Below, piece by piece: positions 19,905 through 29,117 of a DNA stretch of 62,949 nucleotides (its first letter is position 1; each line of letters begins with the position of its first letter). The position numbers and the translations under genes are program-made. The stretch comes from an uncultured Ignavibacteriales bacterium (GTDB lineage Bacteria; Bacteroidota; Ignavibacteria; T3Sed10-11). The notes below the pieces were generated by a model. That model worked only from the letters and a program-made list of their open reading frames with translations, was not told the origin of the DNA and did not search any database. The stretch lies in assembly GCA_964495085.1 (NCBI GenBank), contig CAZBUK010000013.1, forward strand, positions 1-62,949. Reading direction: 5' to 3'.

Positions 19905-20309
19905 CTAATTTCTGTTTTCACTCACCCATTTTCTCACGTATTGAATAATTTCATTGGTCGACGAACCCGGGGTGAAAATCTCGCCGACCCCTTTCTCTTT
20001 CAATTGCCTGATATCCTTGTCGGGAATGATCCCACCGCCGAAAAGGAGTACATCGTGCATCTCATGCTTTTTCATGAGCTCGAGTATCTTCAGGAATATC
20101 GTCATATGCGCACCCGAGAGAATGCTGAGACCGACGGCATCAACATCTTCCTGAAGTGCGGCTTCGACAATCATCTCCGGAGTTTTTCGTATCCCCGTGT
20201 AAATTACTTCCATTCCCGCATCCCGGAGCGACGCCGCAACGACTTTTGCACCCCGGTCGTGACCGTCCAATCCGGCCTTTGCCACCAGCACCCGTATTTT
20301 CCGATCCAT
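19905..20309 (-). CDS. Cobalamin-binding domain protein (methylmalonyl-CoA mutase C-terminal subunit)
   Basis: [13 protein letters not shown] (DxHxxG), SILSGAH, GGIIP, FTPG; start reassigned to the ATG at 20309. Confidence 0.92.
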   Translation of the reverse strand: MDRKIRVLVAKAGLDGHDRGAKVVAASLRDAGMEVIYTGIRKTPEMIVEAALQEDVDAVGLSILSGAHMTIFLKILELMKKHEMHDVLLFGGGIIPDKDIRQLKEKGVGEIFTPGSSTNEIIQYVRKWVSENRN

Positions 20310-20349
20310 GGATGAGTACTCCCTTGATTTACATGTGATAATGGAAAAC

Positions 20350-20919
20350 TCAGTGTCCGTGCAGCATCGTATACACTCTTGACAGCGGCAAGCCCACGAC
20401 ATTGTAAAAACAGCCTTCGATACGCCGGACGAAGACTGCTCCATAATCGTCCTGGATGCCGTACGCCCCGGCCTTATCGAACGGAGAGCCCAATCGTATG
20501 TATTCTTCTATCTCATCGTCCGACAATTTACGAAACCAAACCTTCGTTATTTCATGTTCGATGCGGAGCGTTGAACCGGGTTTGTCGATCAGTGCCACAC
20601 CCGTAATCACCTCATGGACGGCTCCGCTGAGTTTCCCGAGCATATCCCGCGCTTCTTGCGCATCGCCCGGTTTCCCTAAAATCACTTCGTCGAGAACGAC
20701 GATCGTATCAGCCGCAAGTACGATCCCGTCCTCGTATCGGACCGACACCGCTTCAGCTTTACGTGCCGCCACTGCGCGCGCGAATTCGGAAGCCGGTGTT
20801 CCGTCGTAGGACTCGTCTATGGAAGCGGGATCGATACTAAAATCCAAACCGATCTGACGTAGCAGACGGCTGCGTCGCGGCGATGACGATGCCAGGATCA
20901 ATTGTTTCCGTAATCTCAA
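20350..20919 (-). CDS. maf: Maf family nucleotide pyrophosphatase
   Basis: [29 protein letters not shown]. Confidence 0.93.
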   Translation of the reverse strand: MRLRKQLILASSSPRRSRLLRQIGLDFSIDPASIDESYDGTPASEFARAVAARKAEAVSVRYEDGIVLAADTIVVLDEVILGKPGDAQEARDMLGKLSGAVHEVITGVALIDKPGSTLRIEHEITKVWFRKLSDDEIEEYIRLGSPFDKAGAYGIQDDYGAVFVRRIEGCFYNVVGLPLSRVYTMLHGH

Positions 20920-21220
20920 TGCAGCTGTTCCCTCCCGATGGCCTCATTATTTACCCGCCTTGTATCCGGCCCACATAGAACGACGGTTGAATCTGCAGCA
21001 CGATGCCTGTCGGATAGTCATCGTAAGAATTTTCCCGATCGAAACCAGCGCTTCCTCCGGAAGATTCTGTTCCCTCGGGTCGATGAATGTCCTCAACTGA
21101 CTTACGGGGATTGCAGATATTCGCTCAGCGGAGATGAAAGGAGGCGGAGGAATCACGAAGTTGGCTGATATTCCGTACATTCCGGATCTCCGGAAGCCGG
21201 ATAGATTCGTTTATAAATAT

Positions 21221-21256
21221 AAAAAAAGCGATACACAGCCGTCTGGGTATCGCTTT
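21221..21256 (-). terminator. Intrinsic terminator
   Basis: Minus strand AAAGCGATAC-CCAG-ACGG-CTGT-GTATCGC followed by a T7 tract. Confidence 0.8.
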
Positions 21257-21279
21257 CCAGTATAGAAAAGTGTTACAAA

Positions 21280-21675
21280 TTATCTGAACATTGATTTGAT
21301 GCTTCCCCAGGTTCGGCGGACACTGCTGATTTTTCCGAGTGCCCTGGATTCCGAATAGGTCACATTCCCCACCATGTCGACAGAACCGACCCGGTAGAAG
21401 ACCATGGTCTCATCAAACTTGTATAACGACTGATCGATATAGGTATACTGCTTCGAGTCGTTAATGAATATCGGAGATGTATTGATCTTGACAAACTGAT
21501 CGACATTCGATGCGCTTCGTTCAACATCGAAATGCCGTATACCTGTCGGATCCAATACCTCCCACGTTATCCTTACGTCTCTCCCCTCGACAGTTACGTT
21601 AAAGTTTGTGATCGGTGAATTCGCAATGCCAGTAAAGATTAACAACAGAATCAGAACAATAAGTTTTTTCATCAA
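21280..21675 (-). CDS. Small secreted beta-sandwich-like protein with C-terminal TWGSIKSMFR motif
   Basis: Signal peptide; ITWEV...FDVERS...YTYID...FYRV (Ig/Fn3-like pattern); own promoter and terminator. Confidence 0.8.
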   Translation of the reverse strand: MMKKLIVLILLLIFTGIANSPITNFNVTVEGRDVRITWEVLDPTGIRHFDVERSASNVDQFVKINTSPIFINDSKQYTYIDQSLYKFDETMVFYRVGSVDMVGNVTYSESRALGKISSVRRTWGSIKSMFR

Positions 21676-21699
21676 TATCCCGATCAGTAAAACTGTGTA

Positions 21700-21728
21700 A
21701 ATATAGAGAGCCGAGGTGAGAAAATCAA
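21700..21728 (-). promoter_or_regulatory. Putative sigma-70 promoter (TTGATT-N17-TATATT)
   Basis: Hexamers with a 17-nt spacer, 25 nt upstream of the start at 21675. Confidence 0.55.
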
Positions 21729-21950
21729 CTGTTGGATTCCTTTTCCCGTGTGATTTACCACACAGGGCGGGAAATGCCAGAATTTACCTTTAAACCACAA
21801 TTAAAAACCTACTACCCTGTTAAAGTTACCTATCCAATCCTGTAAGAATACTGGATTCAAAGCCATTATGAGCCGGCAGGAACTGTAATAGAAAAACGAG
21901 GCAAATTATTCTGAATATTGGACCAATAACGTCACTTCTCTCTCAATAAA

Positions 21951-21978
21951 GAACCCCACCCGGGATCGGATGGGGTTC
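21951..21978 (-). terminator. Intrinsic terminator after the TPR gene
   Basis: GAACCCCA-TCCG...CGGG-TGGGGTTC followed by TTTATT. Confidence 0.7.
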
Positions 21979-22003
21979 GGCGGTACCTAATGAGTATTCT
22001 GAA

Positions 22004-22990
22004 CTATCTACGGCGCAGTTCCTCCAATTCATATTCTGCGTTTCTTCGATAGCGCGGATCCTTTACCGCTTCCTGAAAGGCTGCTCTGGCTTCGTTCACT
22101 CTTCCCTGTCTTCGCAGTGCGATTCCAAGCTCAAGATTTTCGCCTCCTTTTGCACCGCGGGTTTTATGTTGAATCGCTTTCCGGGCACTTTCTTCAGCCT
22201 GGGAAGATTGATCGGTGCGGTTATATGCTATTGAGAGAAGATAATACGCCTGAGCATGAGTCGGTTGCGCATCGACCGCCAGAAGCAGTGATTCGATCGC
22301 CTGTCTGTTCTGTCCCTGATTGAGCATTCTGTTTGCTTTCGCGGTATAGGCGGTTGCCAGTCCGGTTTTAGCCTGATTGATACTCGAATCGAGCTCGAGC
22401 GCTTTAGTGTACGACTCGATGGCGTCATCGTAGCGTTCGAGTGAAACATATGCGCCTCCAAGACCGAAATGAGCGACCGCGTAATCGGCGTCAAGGGCTA
22501 TCGCATTACTAAATGCCTCAATAGCTTCCCGATCTTGATTATCCCGTCGGAGCGCAACTGCAAGACGATTATAGTACCTGGAATCGGGATTAATGTTGAT
22601 TGCCTGACGGTAGCTCTCGATTGCCCCGGAATAGTTTCCGGCGTTGAGAAACTGTTCACCTTTGCCCATATATGCGCCGGCCATGCCGAGTTGTACGTCT
22701 GCTACGTTCGATCCGAATTGAATCGAAGCATTAAACGCCTCGATGGAATTATCGAACCGCTGCAGACGAAGCAATGCGACCGCCTTCTGGTAATAATACC
22801 TGTTGTCCTTGACCATATTAATGGCCTGGTCATACATACGAACGGCTTCGGAAAAATTACCCGCCCGTAAGAAAGCATTCCCCTCATTAAAAAGTTGATC
22901 GGCCTGTACCTGAGGGTCTTCGCTACTTTGCGCAAAACCGAGCGCACTGACGGCGATCAAGAGAACAAGCAGTGCTCCTATGCTCCTCAT
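22004..22990 (-). CDS. Secreted tetratricopeptide-repeat protein
   Basis: Signal peptide; many TPR units (AI..Y..AI.L.P; A...LG..Y). Confidence 0.9.
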   Translation of the reverse strand: MRSIGALLVLLIAVSALGFAQSSEDPQVQADQLFNEGNAFLRAGNFSEAVRMYDQAINMVKDNRYYYQKAVALLRLQRFDNSIEAFNASIQFGSNVADVQLGMAGAYMGKGEQFLNAGNYSGAIESYRQAININPDSRYYNRLAVALRRDNQDREAIEAFSNAIALDADYAVAHFGLGGAYVSLERYDDAIESYTKALELDSSINQAKTGLATAYTAKANRMLNQGQNRQAIESLLLAVDAQPTHAQAYYLLSIAYNRTDQSSQAEESARKAIQHKTRGAKGGENLELGIALRRQGRVNEARAAFQEAVKDPRYRRNAEYELEELRRR

Positions 22991-23033
22991 GTGAATTGCC
23001 CTCCGTTTATGATTCTATTTTTTTGCTATTGTG

Positions 23034-23117
23034 TGCGGAAGGGGGGATTCGAACCCCCACGCCCTTTCGAGCGCCACCCCCTCAAGATGGTGTGTCTACC
23101 AGTTCCACCACTTCCGC
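23034..23117 (-). tRNA. tRNA-Leu(GAG)
   Basis: Reverse complement GCGGAAGTGGTGGAACTGGTAGACACACCATCTTGAGGGGGTGG...GGTTCGAATCCCCCCTTCCGCA; long variable arm. Confidence 0.95.
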
Positions 23118-23127
23118 AATCGGGGAG

Positions 23128-23200
23128 TGAGGCTGGATGGACTCGAACCATCGACCACCTGCTTAAAAGGCAGATGCTCTACCGACTGAGCTACAGCCTC
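23128..23200 (-). tRNA. tRNA-Lys(TTT)
   Basis: Reverse complement GAGGCTGTAGCTCAGTCGGTAGAGCATCTGCCTTTTAAGCAGG...GGTTCGAGTCCATCCAGCCTCA. Confidence 0.95.
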
Positions 23201-23228
23201 CCGGTTTTATGCGTTTCCGTAACTGATT

Positions 23229-23257
23229 AAGATAAAAAAGATCGTTCGGAATGTCAA
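23229..23257 (-). promoter_or_regulatory. Putative promoter of the tRNA-Lys/tRNA-Leu pair (TTGACA-N17-TATCTT)
   Basis: Consensus -35 and 17-nt spacer. Confidence 0.65.
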
Positions 23258-23266
23258 CCTGATTTT

Positions 23267-23536
23267 CTACGGTTTTACCGGCTGACTTTCGTCGATCTCT
23301 TTCGCTCTGTACAGCAACGCGTACGGAATTATTATACAGTAACCCACGATCAATAAAACCGGGGACAGTTTAATCGGCATAAATCCGTCAACGGATCCCT
23401 CTAACATGAAAAGGTATCCGGCGATGATAACCGCTACGCCGAGAATTAACAATAAATAGTTCTGCTTTCCAAGTGGTAATGTCTTGCTCTTTACCGATCT
23501 CTTCTTTGCCGTTCTGCTTCGAATTGGTCTTGCCAT
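23267..23536 (-). CDS. DUF3098-like membrane protein
   Basis: LGKQNY...GYLFM...LSPVLLIVGY; two TM segments. Confidence 0.75.
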   Translation of the reverse strand: MARPIRSRTAKKRSVKSKTLPLGKQNYLLLILGVAVIIAGYLFMLEGSVDGFMPIKLSPVLLIVGYCIIIPYALLYRAKEIDESQPVKP

Positions 23537-23581
23537 ACCAGTCAGTCGTTCCTGTTTCTCAAAAATTTGATCCCCTATTAT

Positions 23582-23661
23582 AAAAAAGCCCAGCGTTGGG
23601 GGGGACGCCGGGCTTGACCGTGGTATTACAACAGTCAGGGGAGAAACTGTTGTAATGGTCA
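23582..23661 (-). ncRNA. Candidate small RNA with two C-rich loops
   Basis: Upstream TTGACA-N16-TATATT; perfect 11-bp hairpin; terminator hairpin with U-tract. Confidence 0.55.
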
Positions 23662-23666
23662 GTATA

Positions 23667-23694
23667 AATATAGATATTTTTTACTAAATGTCAA
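23667..23694 (-). promoter_or_regulatory. Putative promoter of the candidate sRNA (TTGACA-N16-TATATT)
   Basis: Consensus -35 in an AT-rich context. Confidence 0.55.
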
Positions 23695-23732
23695 TATTAT
23701 ATAAATCTTAAATATTATAATATTCTAATGAA

Positions 23733-24401
23733 TTAACCTGCTAAACTGCCGTCAATCAATCTGATCACCCGATCCGCCCGCCCTGCCAGCTCCAGATTAT
23801 GTGTCACTATAAATAGTGTAACCCCCTTTTGTTTATTAAGGTTCCAGAGCAAATCATGGAGCTGTCGACCCCCGCTCTGATCCAGATTTCCCGAAGGTTC
23901 GTCGGCAAACAGTATCCTCGGGTCGTTGAGAAGCGCTCTCGCAACAGCCACTCTTTGTTGCTCACCCCCGGACAGTTCGGACGGGAAATGGTCCATTCTT
24001 TCGCCCAGTCCGACTAATTCAAGCAACTCAATTGCTTTTCTCCGAATATCCTGAATATTTCTCTTTCCAATGAGTCCGGCAAGGTAAACATTTTCGAGTG
24101 CGGTAAATTCGGGGAGTAAGTGGTGAAACTGAAAAATGAAGCCTATTTCATTGTTCCTGAATCGCGCCCTCCGTTCTTCCGAAAATGCGAAAATATTCTC
24201 GTTGTCGTAGAGTACGGTCCCTTCGTCGGGAGTATCCAGACCTCCGAGTATATGCAACAATGTACTTTTACCGGCTCCGGATGGCCCGGTCACCGCGATC
24301 GTTTCACCCGCTCTGATTTCGACGGATATGCCTTTAAGCACTTCGAGAACACGATTGTCAGATGTTGCATATCGTTTGACGACATTTTCAGCGATGATCA
24401 T
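23733..24401 (-). CDS. lolD: Lipoprotein-releasing ABC transporter ATP-binding protein
   Basis: GPSGAGKST, GFIFQFHHLLPEFTALENV, LSGGEQQR, ADEPSGNLD; likely start MIIAENV at 24401. Confidence 0.88.
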   Translation of the reverse strand: MIIAENVVKRYATSDNRVLEVLKGISVEIRAGETIAVTGPSGAGKSTLLHILGGLDTPDEGTVLYDNENIFAFSEERRARFRNNEIGFIFQFHHLLPEFTALENVYLAGLIGKRNIQDIRRKAIELLELVGLGERMDHFPSELSGGEQQRVAVARALLNDPRILFADEPSGNLDQSGGRQLHDLLWNLNKQKGVTLFIVTHNLELAGRADRVIRLIDGSLAG

Positions 24402-24458
24402 CAGTTTATTTCTTTCGAGTACTAACTTGTAATGGAGCACTATCCTGTTTGGTGTTTC

Positions 24459-25688
24459 CTACTCCCATCTAACTGCTTCTGCTGCCGGCACCTCCGCCGC
24501 TCTGCGCGCGGGATACAATGCAGCGAGCGAGGAGAGGATGAGAGCTGCTCCTCCAACCGTTATAAAGTCCATTGCCTGAATTTTAACGGGTAATGCGGGA
24601 ATGATATAAACCGTCGGATCCAGGGGAAACAGGTGATAAGTAATCTGAAGATAGCAGATCAGATAGCCGATTATACTTCCCATGACGGATCCCGCAAAGC
24701 CGACCATTGCCCCCTCAAGCAGGTATATTCTGACGATCTCCCTATCGGTAGCGCCGAGCGTTTTCAGCACGCCGATATCTCTCTTCTTTTCTATAACGGT
24801 CATCGTTAGGGATCCGAGAATATTAAACGTAGCAACCGCGATTATTAATGATAATAGTATATAGGCGGACCACCGTTCGATCTCCATAACAGCGTAGAGG
24901 TCGCTGTGGAGATCATACCAGGTATTCACGATATAATCACCGCCGAGTCGGCGATGCAGACTCGATTTGACCTGATTCGACTCGCGGAAGTTTCTGAGCC
25001 TGATCTCAATCCCGGTGATATTTTCGCCGATATTGAATAGACGTTGCGCGCTGCCGATTCCGATAAAAGCAAAATAAGAATCGTACTCCTGGTTCCTCGA
25101 TTCGTAGATACCAGACACGCGGTATCGCCGTAAAACCGGTTGTCCGAATCGGAGCATTGCCGCTTCCATGCCGGCCGGACTGATCAGCGTAACCGTATCG
25201 CCTACCATTGCGTTAATCCGGTCGGCGAGCCCGATACCGAGTACAATTCCCTCTCTTCCGTGCTGCGATTCAAGATTTATAGTTCCCAGGACGAGCGACT
25301 CGTCAAGTCCGGATATTTCCGGAATCAGGTCCGTCTGCAGTCCCCTGACGGTAATAATCCGATTGTAATTTCCCGAGATGATCATCGCCCTTCCGGAGAC
25401 GGCAGGAGAGAACACGGCGATTCTCTTTTCCGATCCGAGTACATCGACTATTTCCCCGGATTCTCCCAGATTCCCGCCGTCCACAGCTTCGATTCTGAGG
25501 TGCGGATCGAATGCGACCAGGATATCAGTCACAAGACTGTTAAACCCGTTGAACACGGAGAGCACGATGATCAGAGCAGCAACCCCGATCGTGATGCCTA
25601 CTACCGATATGAGGGTTATGATGCTGATAAAACGCGCTTTGCGTTTTGTCAGCAGATATCTTCGCGCGATCAATGATTCGTATTTCAT
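24459..25688 (-). CDS. LolC/E-family ABC permease
   Basis: IARRYL, LSVFNGF, NILGSLTMTVIEKKRDIGVLKTLGA, YPARRAA. Confidence 0.88.
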   Translation of the reverse strand: MKYESLIARRYLLTKRKARFISIITLISVVGITIGVAALIIVLSVFNGFNSLVTDILVAFDPHLRIEAVDGGNLGESGEIVDVLGSEKRIAVFSPAVSGRAMIISGNYNRIITVRGLQTDLIPEISGLDESLVLGTINLESQHGREGIVLGIGLADRINAMVGDTVTLISPAGMEAAMLRFGQPVLRRYRVSGIYESRNQEYDSYFAFIGIGSAQRLFNIGENITGIEIRLRNFRESNQVKSSLHRRLGGDYIVNTWYDLHSDLYAVMEIERWSAYILLSLIIAVATFNILGSLTMTVIEKKRDIGVLKTLGATDREIVRIYLLEGAMVGFAGSVMGSIIGYLICYLQITYHLFPLDPTVYIIPALPVKIQAMDFITVGGAALILSSLAALYPARRAAEVPAAEAVRWE

Positions 25689-26909
25689 TTATGCAAACCT
25701 GATGGTGCGGATCGGATCCAACCTGCCCGCCAAACGGGACGGTATTAATGTGCACAGGAAGCTCATCAGCAACGCGATGACCGAGACGACGAGATAATGA
25801 GCAGGCTCGATCGCGATCGGTATAAAATTCATATAATATATGTCACCGGGGATTGAGATGATCTGGTAATGGTACTGGATGAACGAGAGCGTGAATCCGA
25901 GCACATTGCCGATTGCCGTTCCGATAATGCCGATTATCATACCGTCGTATACAAATATCCTCCCGATCTCCGAAGGCGCAGCGCCGAGCGCTTTCATAAC
26001 TCCTATCTGCCTTGTTTTCTCCATAACCAGCATGAGCATCGTCCCGATGATATTCACCGAGGCGACGAGGATAATTAAGCCGAGTATCAGCGGTATCGGC
26101 TTCTTCTGGAGTTCAATCCAGGTAAAGAGGTTTCTGTACATCTGGTACATCGTTCGCGGATAGTGAGGATATCCGAGGGTCAGGAATATTTTCTCTGAGA
26201 GCGATTCGATCATCGAGGGATCATTGACCATAACATCGTAGCCGGTGACAGCCTGCTCCATTCGCAGCATTCGCTGCGCGGATGAGAGATGAATAAATAC
26301 ATAAATATCGTCGTATTCCGACATACCCGTTTCATAAATTCCCGTGACGATGAACTGTGCCGCCCGGGCAAATCCGATCTCGGTACCCTCGGCCTGCTCA
26401 AGTGCGAACAAGGTCACAAGGTCCCCGATCGACGCCTGCATCCGCCGCGCTAGCTTAGAACCGACAATAATGCCCGGCCTGTTCGGTTCCTGCTCTCCGA
26501 GGTCCATTTCACCCTGCCGGATGAACCGACTGAGCGACGAAACGTCCAGAGCCGGATCGATACCTTTGATGAGAATGCCTTCTACCGATCGTCTGACTCG
26601 GATCATGCCTTCTCTTTGAATGAAGGGGGAGGCGCCGCTGATCCCGTCGATGTTTCGCAGGGTTTCAAAATTGTCATGATAGTTCCTGAGCTCCTGGTTC
26701 TGAAACGCCTGGATCTGAATATGGGAGGAAAATCCGACGAGCGTATCGCGAAGCTGTTGCTCGAATCCGGTGATGATAGCAAGCGCGATAATCAGGACCG
26801 TCGTTCCTATCGCGACTCCCGATATCGCTATGAGCGTAATAAACGAGACAAATCCCGAACGATGTCTGCTCGAAAGATACCGCCGGGCAACGAATGATTC
26901 GAAATTCAT
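25689..26909 (-). CDS. LolC/E-family ABC permease (second paralog)
   Basis: VARRYL, ITGF, MLVMEKTRQIGVMKALGA, IPSRLAGRLDP. Confidence 0.88.
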   Translation of the reverse strand: MNFESFVARRYLSSRHRSGFVSFITLIAISGVAIGTTVLIIALAIITGFEQQLRDTLVGFSSHIQIQAFQNQELRNYHDNFETLRNIDGISGASPFIQREGMIRVRRSVEGILIKGIDPALDVSSLSRFIRQGEMDLGEQEPNRPGIIVGSKLARRMQASIGDLVTLFALEQAEGTEIGFARAAQFIVTGIYETGMSEYDDIYVFIHLSSAQRMLRMEQAVTGYDVMVNDPSMIESLSEKIFLTLGYPHYPRTMYQMYRNLFTWIELQKKPIPLILGLIILVASVNIIGTMLMLVMEKTRQIGVMKALGAAPSEIGRIFVYDGMIIGIIGTAIGNVLGFTLSFIQYHYQIISIPGDIYYMNFIPIAIEPAHYLVVSVIALLMSFLCTLIPSRLAGRLDPIRTIRFA

Positions 26910-26916
26910 ACCACCC

Positions 26917-27567
26917 TTAGTGCGAGTGCCCCATCAGCAAAATGACGAGTGCAGTAGTCGCGATGACTAATCCGGCAAAACTGTGTGAATACCGTTCGAA
27001 TGTTTTAACTCTGATAAACCTGACGCCGAGAGATGCAAAATGAACCAGGGTCATCATCATGACGATGGTGACGAGCGAAAAAATACCGGCTATGACTGCA
27101 ACTCCAGTCCAGCTCTCTCCGACCGCGAGGAACATGAGCGGTATCAGCGGCTCGCATGGACCGAGGAAGAACAACGCGAAAACCGTCCAGAGCGTTACGG
27201 TTTTCTTGGCGCTTAGCCGTTCGTCGATGTCGTGGCTATGACTGTGCGGTTTTCTCGCATGCTTCAATCCCCATACGGCATATCCGACGCCGAACCCGAT
27301 AAGCAACAGGATTGCGCTATGCCCTCTGAAATGCTCTATCCCCTCGATCATGGTAACGACACCCAATGCTATACCAACCGATCCCAAAATGAGCGATGAA
27401 CCGACATGTCCGAGCGCTCCGATGAAGGTAATAAGCATAAGCCGCTTCCATTTCCAGTTCCGGGCGCGTCCGATCATGACGAACGGCATCCAGTGATCCG
27501 GTGCAAGCGAATGGATGAAAGCTATGGAGAGTGTGGCTCCGATGAGTGCGATAAAAGAACTGCTCAT
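26917..27567 (-). CDS. His-rich membrane protein, putative Ni/Co transporter (UreH/NicO/DsbD_2-like)
   Basis: HSLAPDHW, HARKPHSHSH, GPCEP, C-terminal HSH; about 6 TM segments. Confidence 0.7.
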   Translation of the reverse strand: MSSSFIALIGATLSIAFIHSLAPDHWMPFVMIGRARNWKWKRLMLITFIGALGHVGSSLILGSVGIALGVVTMIEGIEHFRGHSAILLLIGFGVGYAVWGLKHARKPHSHSHDIDERLSAKKTVTLWTVFALFFLGPCEPLIPLMFLAVGESWTGVAVIAGIFSLVTIVMMMTLVHFASLGVRFIRVKTFERYSHSFAGLVIATTALVILLMGHSH

Positions 27568-27569
27568 GA

Positions 27570-28686
27570 TTACTCCGATTGAATTGTTGCGCGGGATCCG
27601 AACTCCAACAGATACGCCTTGATAAAATCATCGATCTCGCCGTCCATAACCCCCCGTGTGTCGCTCGTTTCGTGATCCGTTCTGTGATCCTTGACCATAT
27701 TATATGGATGAAATACGTACGATCTGATCTGGCTACCCCACTCTATCTTCTTTTTCGTCCCCTCCACCACCGCACGCCTTGCTTCCTCCTCTTCCCGGCG
27801 CTGCTGATACAGTCTGGCTTTCAGCATCTTCATTGCCCGTTCGCGATTCTGGAATTGCGAGCGCTCCTGCTGACAGGAAACAACAAACCCCGACGGGATA
27901 TGCCTGATTCGAACTGCCGTCTCAACTTTGTTCACGTTCTGCCCCCCTTTTCCACCGCTCCTGAACGTATCGAACTCGATGTCGGCTGGATTAATCTCGA
28001 TATCGACGTCGTCCTCCACTTCCGGGTACACGAAGACTGAGGCGAACGATGTGTGGCGGCGGGCATTCGAATCGAATGGAGATATTCTGACGAGCCGGTG
28101 TACTCCGTTTTCAGCTTTGAGGTACCCGTAGACGTATGCGCCGGTGATCTCGATGGTAGCGCTCTTAATGCCGGCGCCGTCTCCTTCAAGTACATCGAAC
28201 AACGTAGCTTCGAATCCTTTCCGTTCCGCCCATCTCAGATACATTCGCATGAGCATCTGAGCCCAATCCTGCGCTTCTGTCCCGCCGGCGCCCGAATGAA
28301 TTGCGAGGAGAGCGTTTCGCTGATCATCTTCCGCGCTGAGAATGCTCTTGAATTCAAGATCGCCGATCCCCCCCTCAAGGGAGTCTATCTCCCCTTCGAT
28401 CTCCGGTGTCAGAGAATCGTCGTTCGATTCCTCGGCCAGCTCTATCAGCGTCGAGGCATCTTCCTCCTGGCGTTTCAGCTCAGACCATGCGTCGACCCAT
28501 TCCTTTCTGACTGAGATTTCTCGCATGATCTTCTGAGCCTGAATATTATCGTCCCAAAAATCGGGAGCGGAGGTTTTCTCCTGGTACTCGGCAATCTCGT
28601 GCTCCTTGGTTTCTATGTCAAAGAAACCTCCGCAAATCCGTCAGTTTTTCATGCAGCGCCTTTATTCTGCTTTTGAGTTCTTGCAT
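27570..28686 (-). CDS. prfB: Peptide chain release factor 2, programmed +1 frameshift (join 28621..28686, 27570..28619)
   Basis: ATG at 28686, 22 codons to CTT-TGA-C with internal SD GGAGG; SPF and GGQ motifs in the downstream frame. Confidence 0.95.
28617..28632 (-). promoter_or_regulatory. RF2 +1 frameshift signal CGGAGG-TTT-CTTTGAC
   Basis: Canonical slippery site and SD; frames verified arithmetically. Confidence 0.92.
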
Positions 28687-28777
28687 GTGTTCTCTCCCTC
28701 ATTAAAAATGTGTGTAAACAAGCCCTTCATTAATCCCGGGCATTTGATCCGCAGTTCCAGCATCGGTTTCCGGAATC

Positions 28778-29110
28778 TCAGATTTTTAACTCGGACTCCG
28801 GAATATCCATTTCCATCAACAGCAATGCGGTAGAGAAAGTTTTTCCCTGTGCATCGGTCATGAGCGATTTCGTACCCCCTCCACCGAGCGCCTCATGCAG
28901 CAGAAAATTCAATGCGCCCAGATTCGATAGTTCGTAACGCTCGACTCTCCCCTTTACCATGTCTCCGAAATATTCTTTCACCGCTTCGGCGGTAACATAC
29001 TTCTTGAGAATATCGAAATGTCGTTCATCACGGGCGATCAAGCCTATATTTACAGTGTCGCCTTTATCGCCGGAGCGGGCGTGCGCTATATCCGTCAGGC
29101 GTATCTTCAT
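28778..29110 (-). CDS. AtuA C-terminal-like small protein
   Basis: AHARSGDKGD, VERYEL, ALNF, LGGGG, DAQGK. Confidence 0.85.
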   Translation of the reverse strand: MKIRLTDIAHARSGDKGDTVNIGLIARDERHFDILKKYVTAEAVKEYFGDMVKGRVERYELSNLGALNFLLHEALGGGGTKSLMTDAQGKTFSTALLLMEMDIPESELKI

Positions 29111-29117
29111 AGTATCT

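Noticed and set aside
20310-20444. Cys-rich N-terminal extension on the B12-binding protein
   Set aside because: Overlaps maf in another frame; an RBS and family similarity support the ATG at 20309
20947-21180. 77-aa ORF upstream of maf with a GGAG RBS
   Set aside because: No recognisable motif; it may be real but I cannot support it
17044-23200. tRNA genes as integration sites for an island
   Set aside because: No integrase, no duplicated tRNA 3' end noticed, and the flanking genes look like core genes
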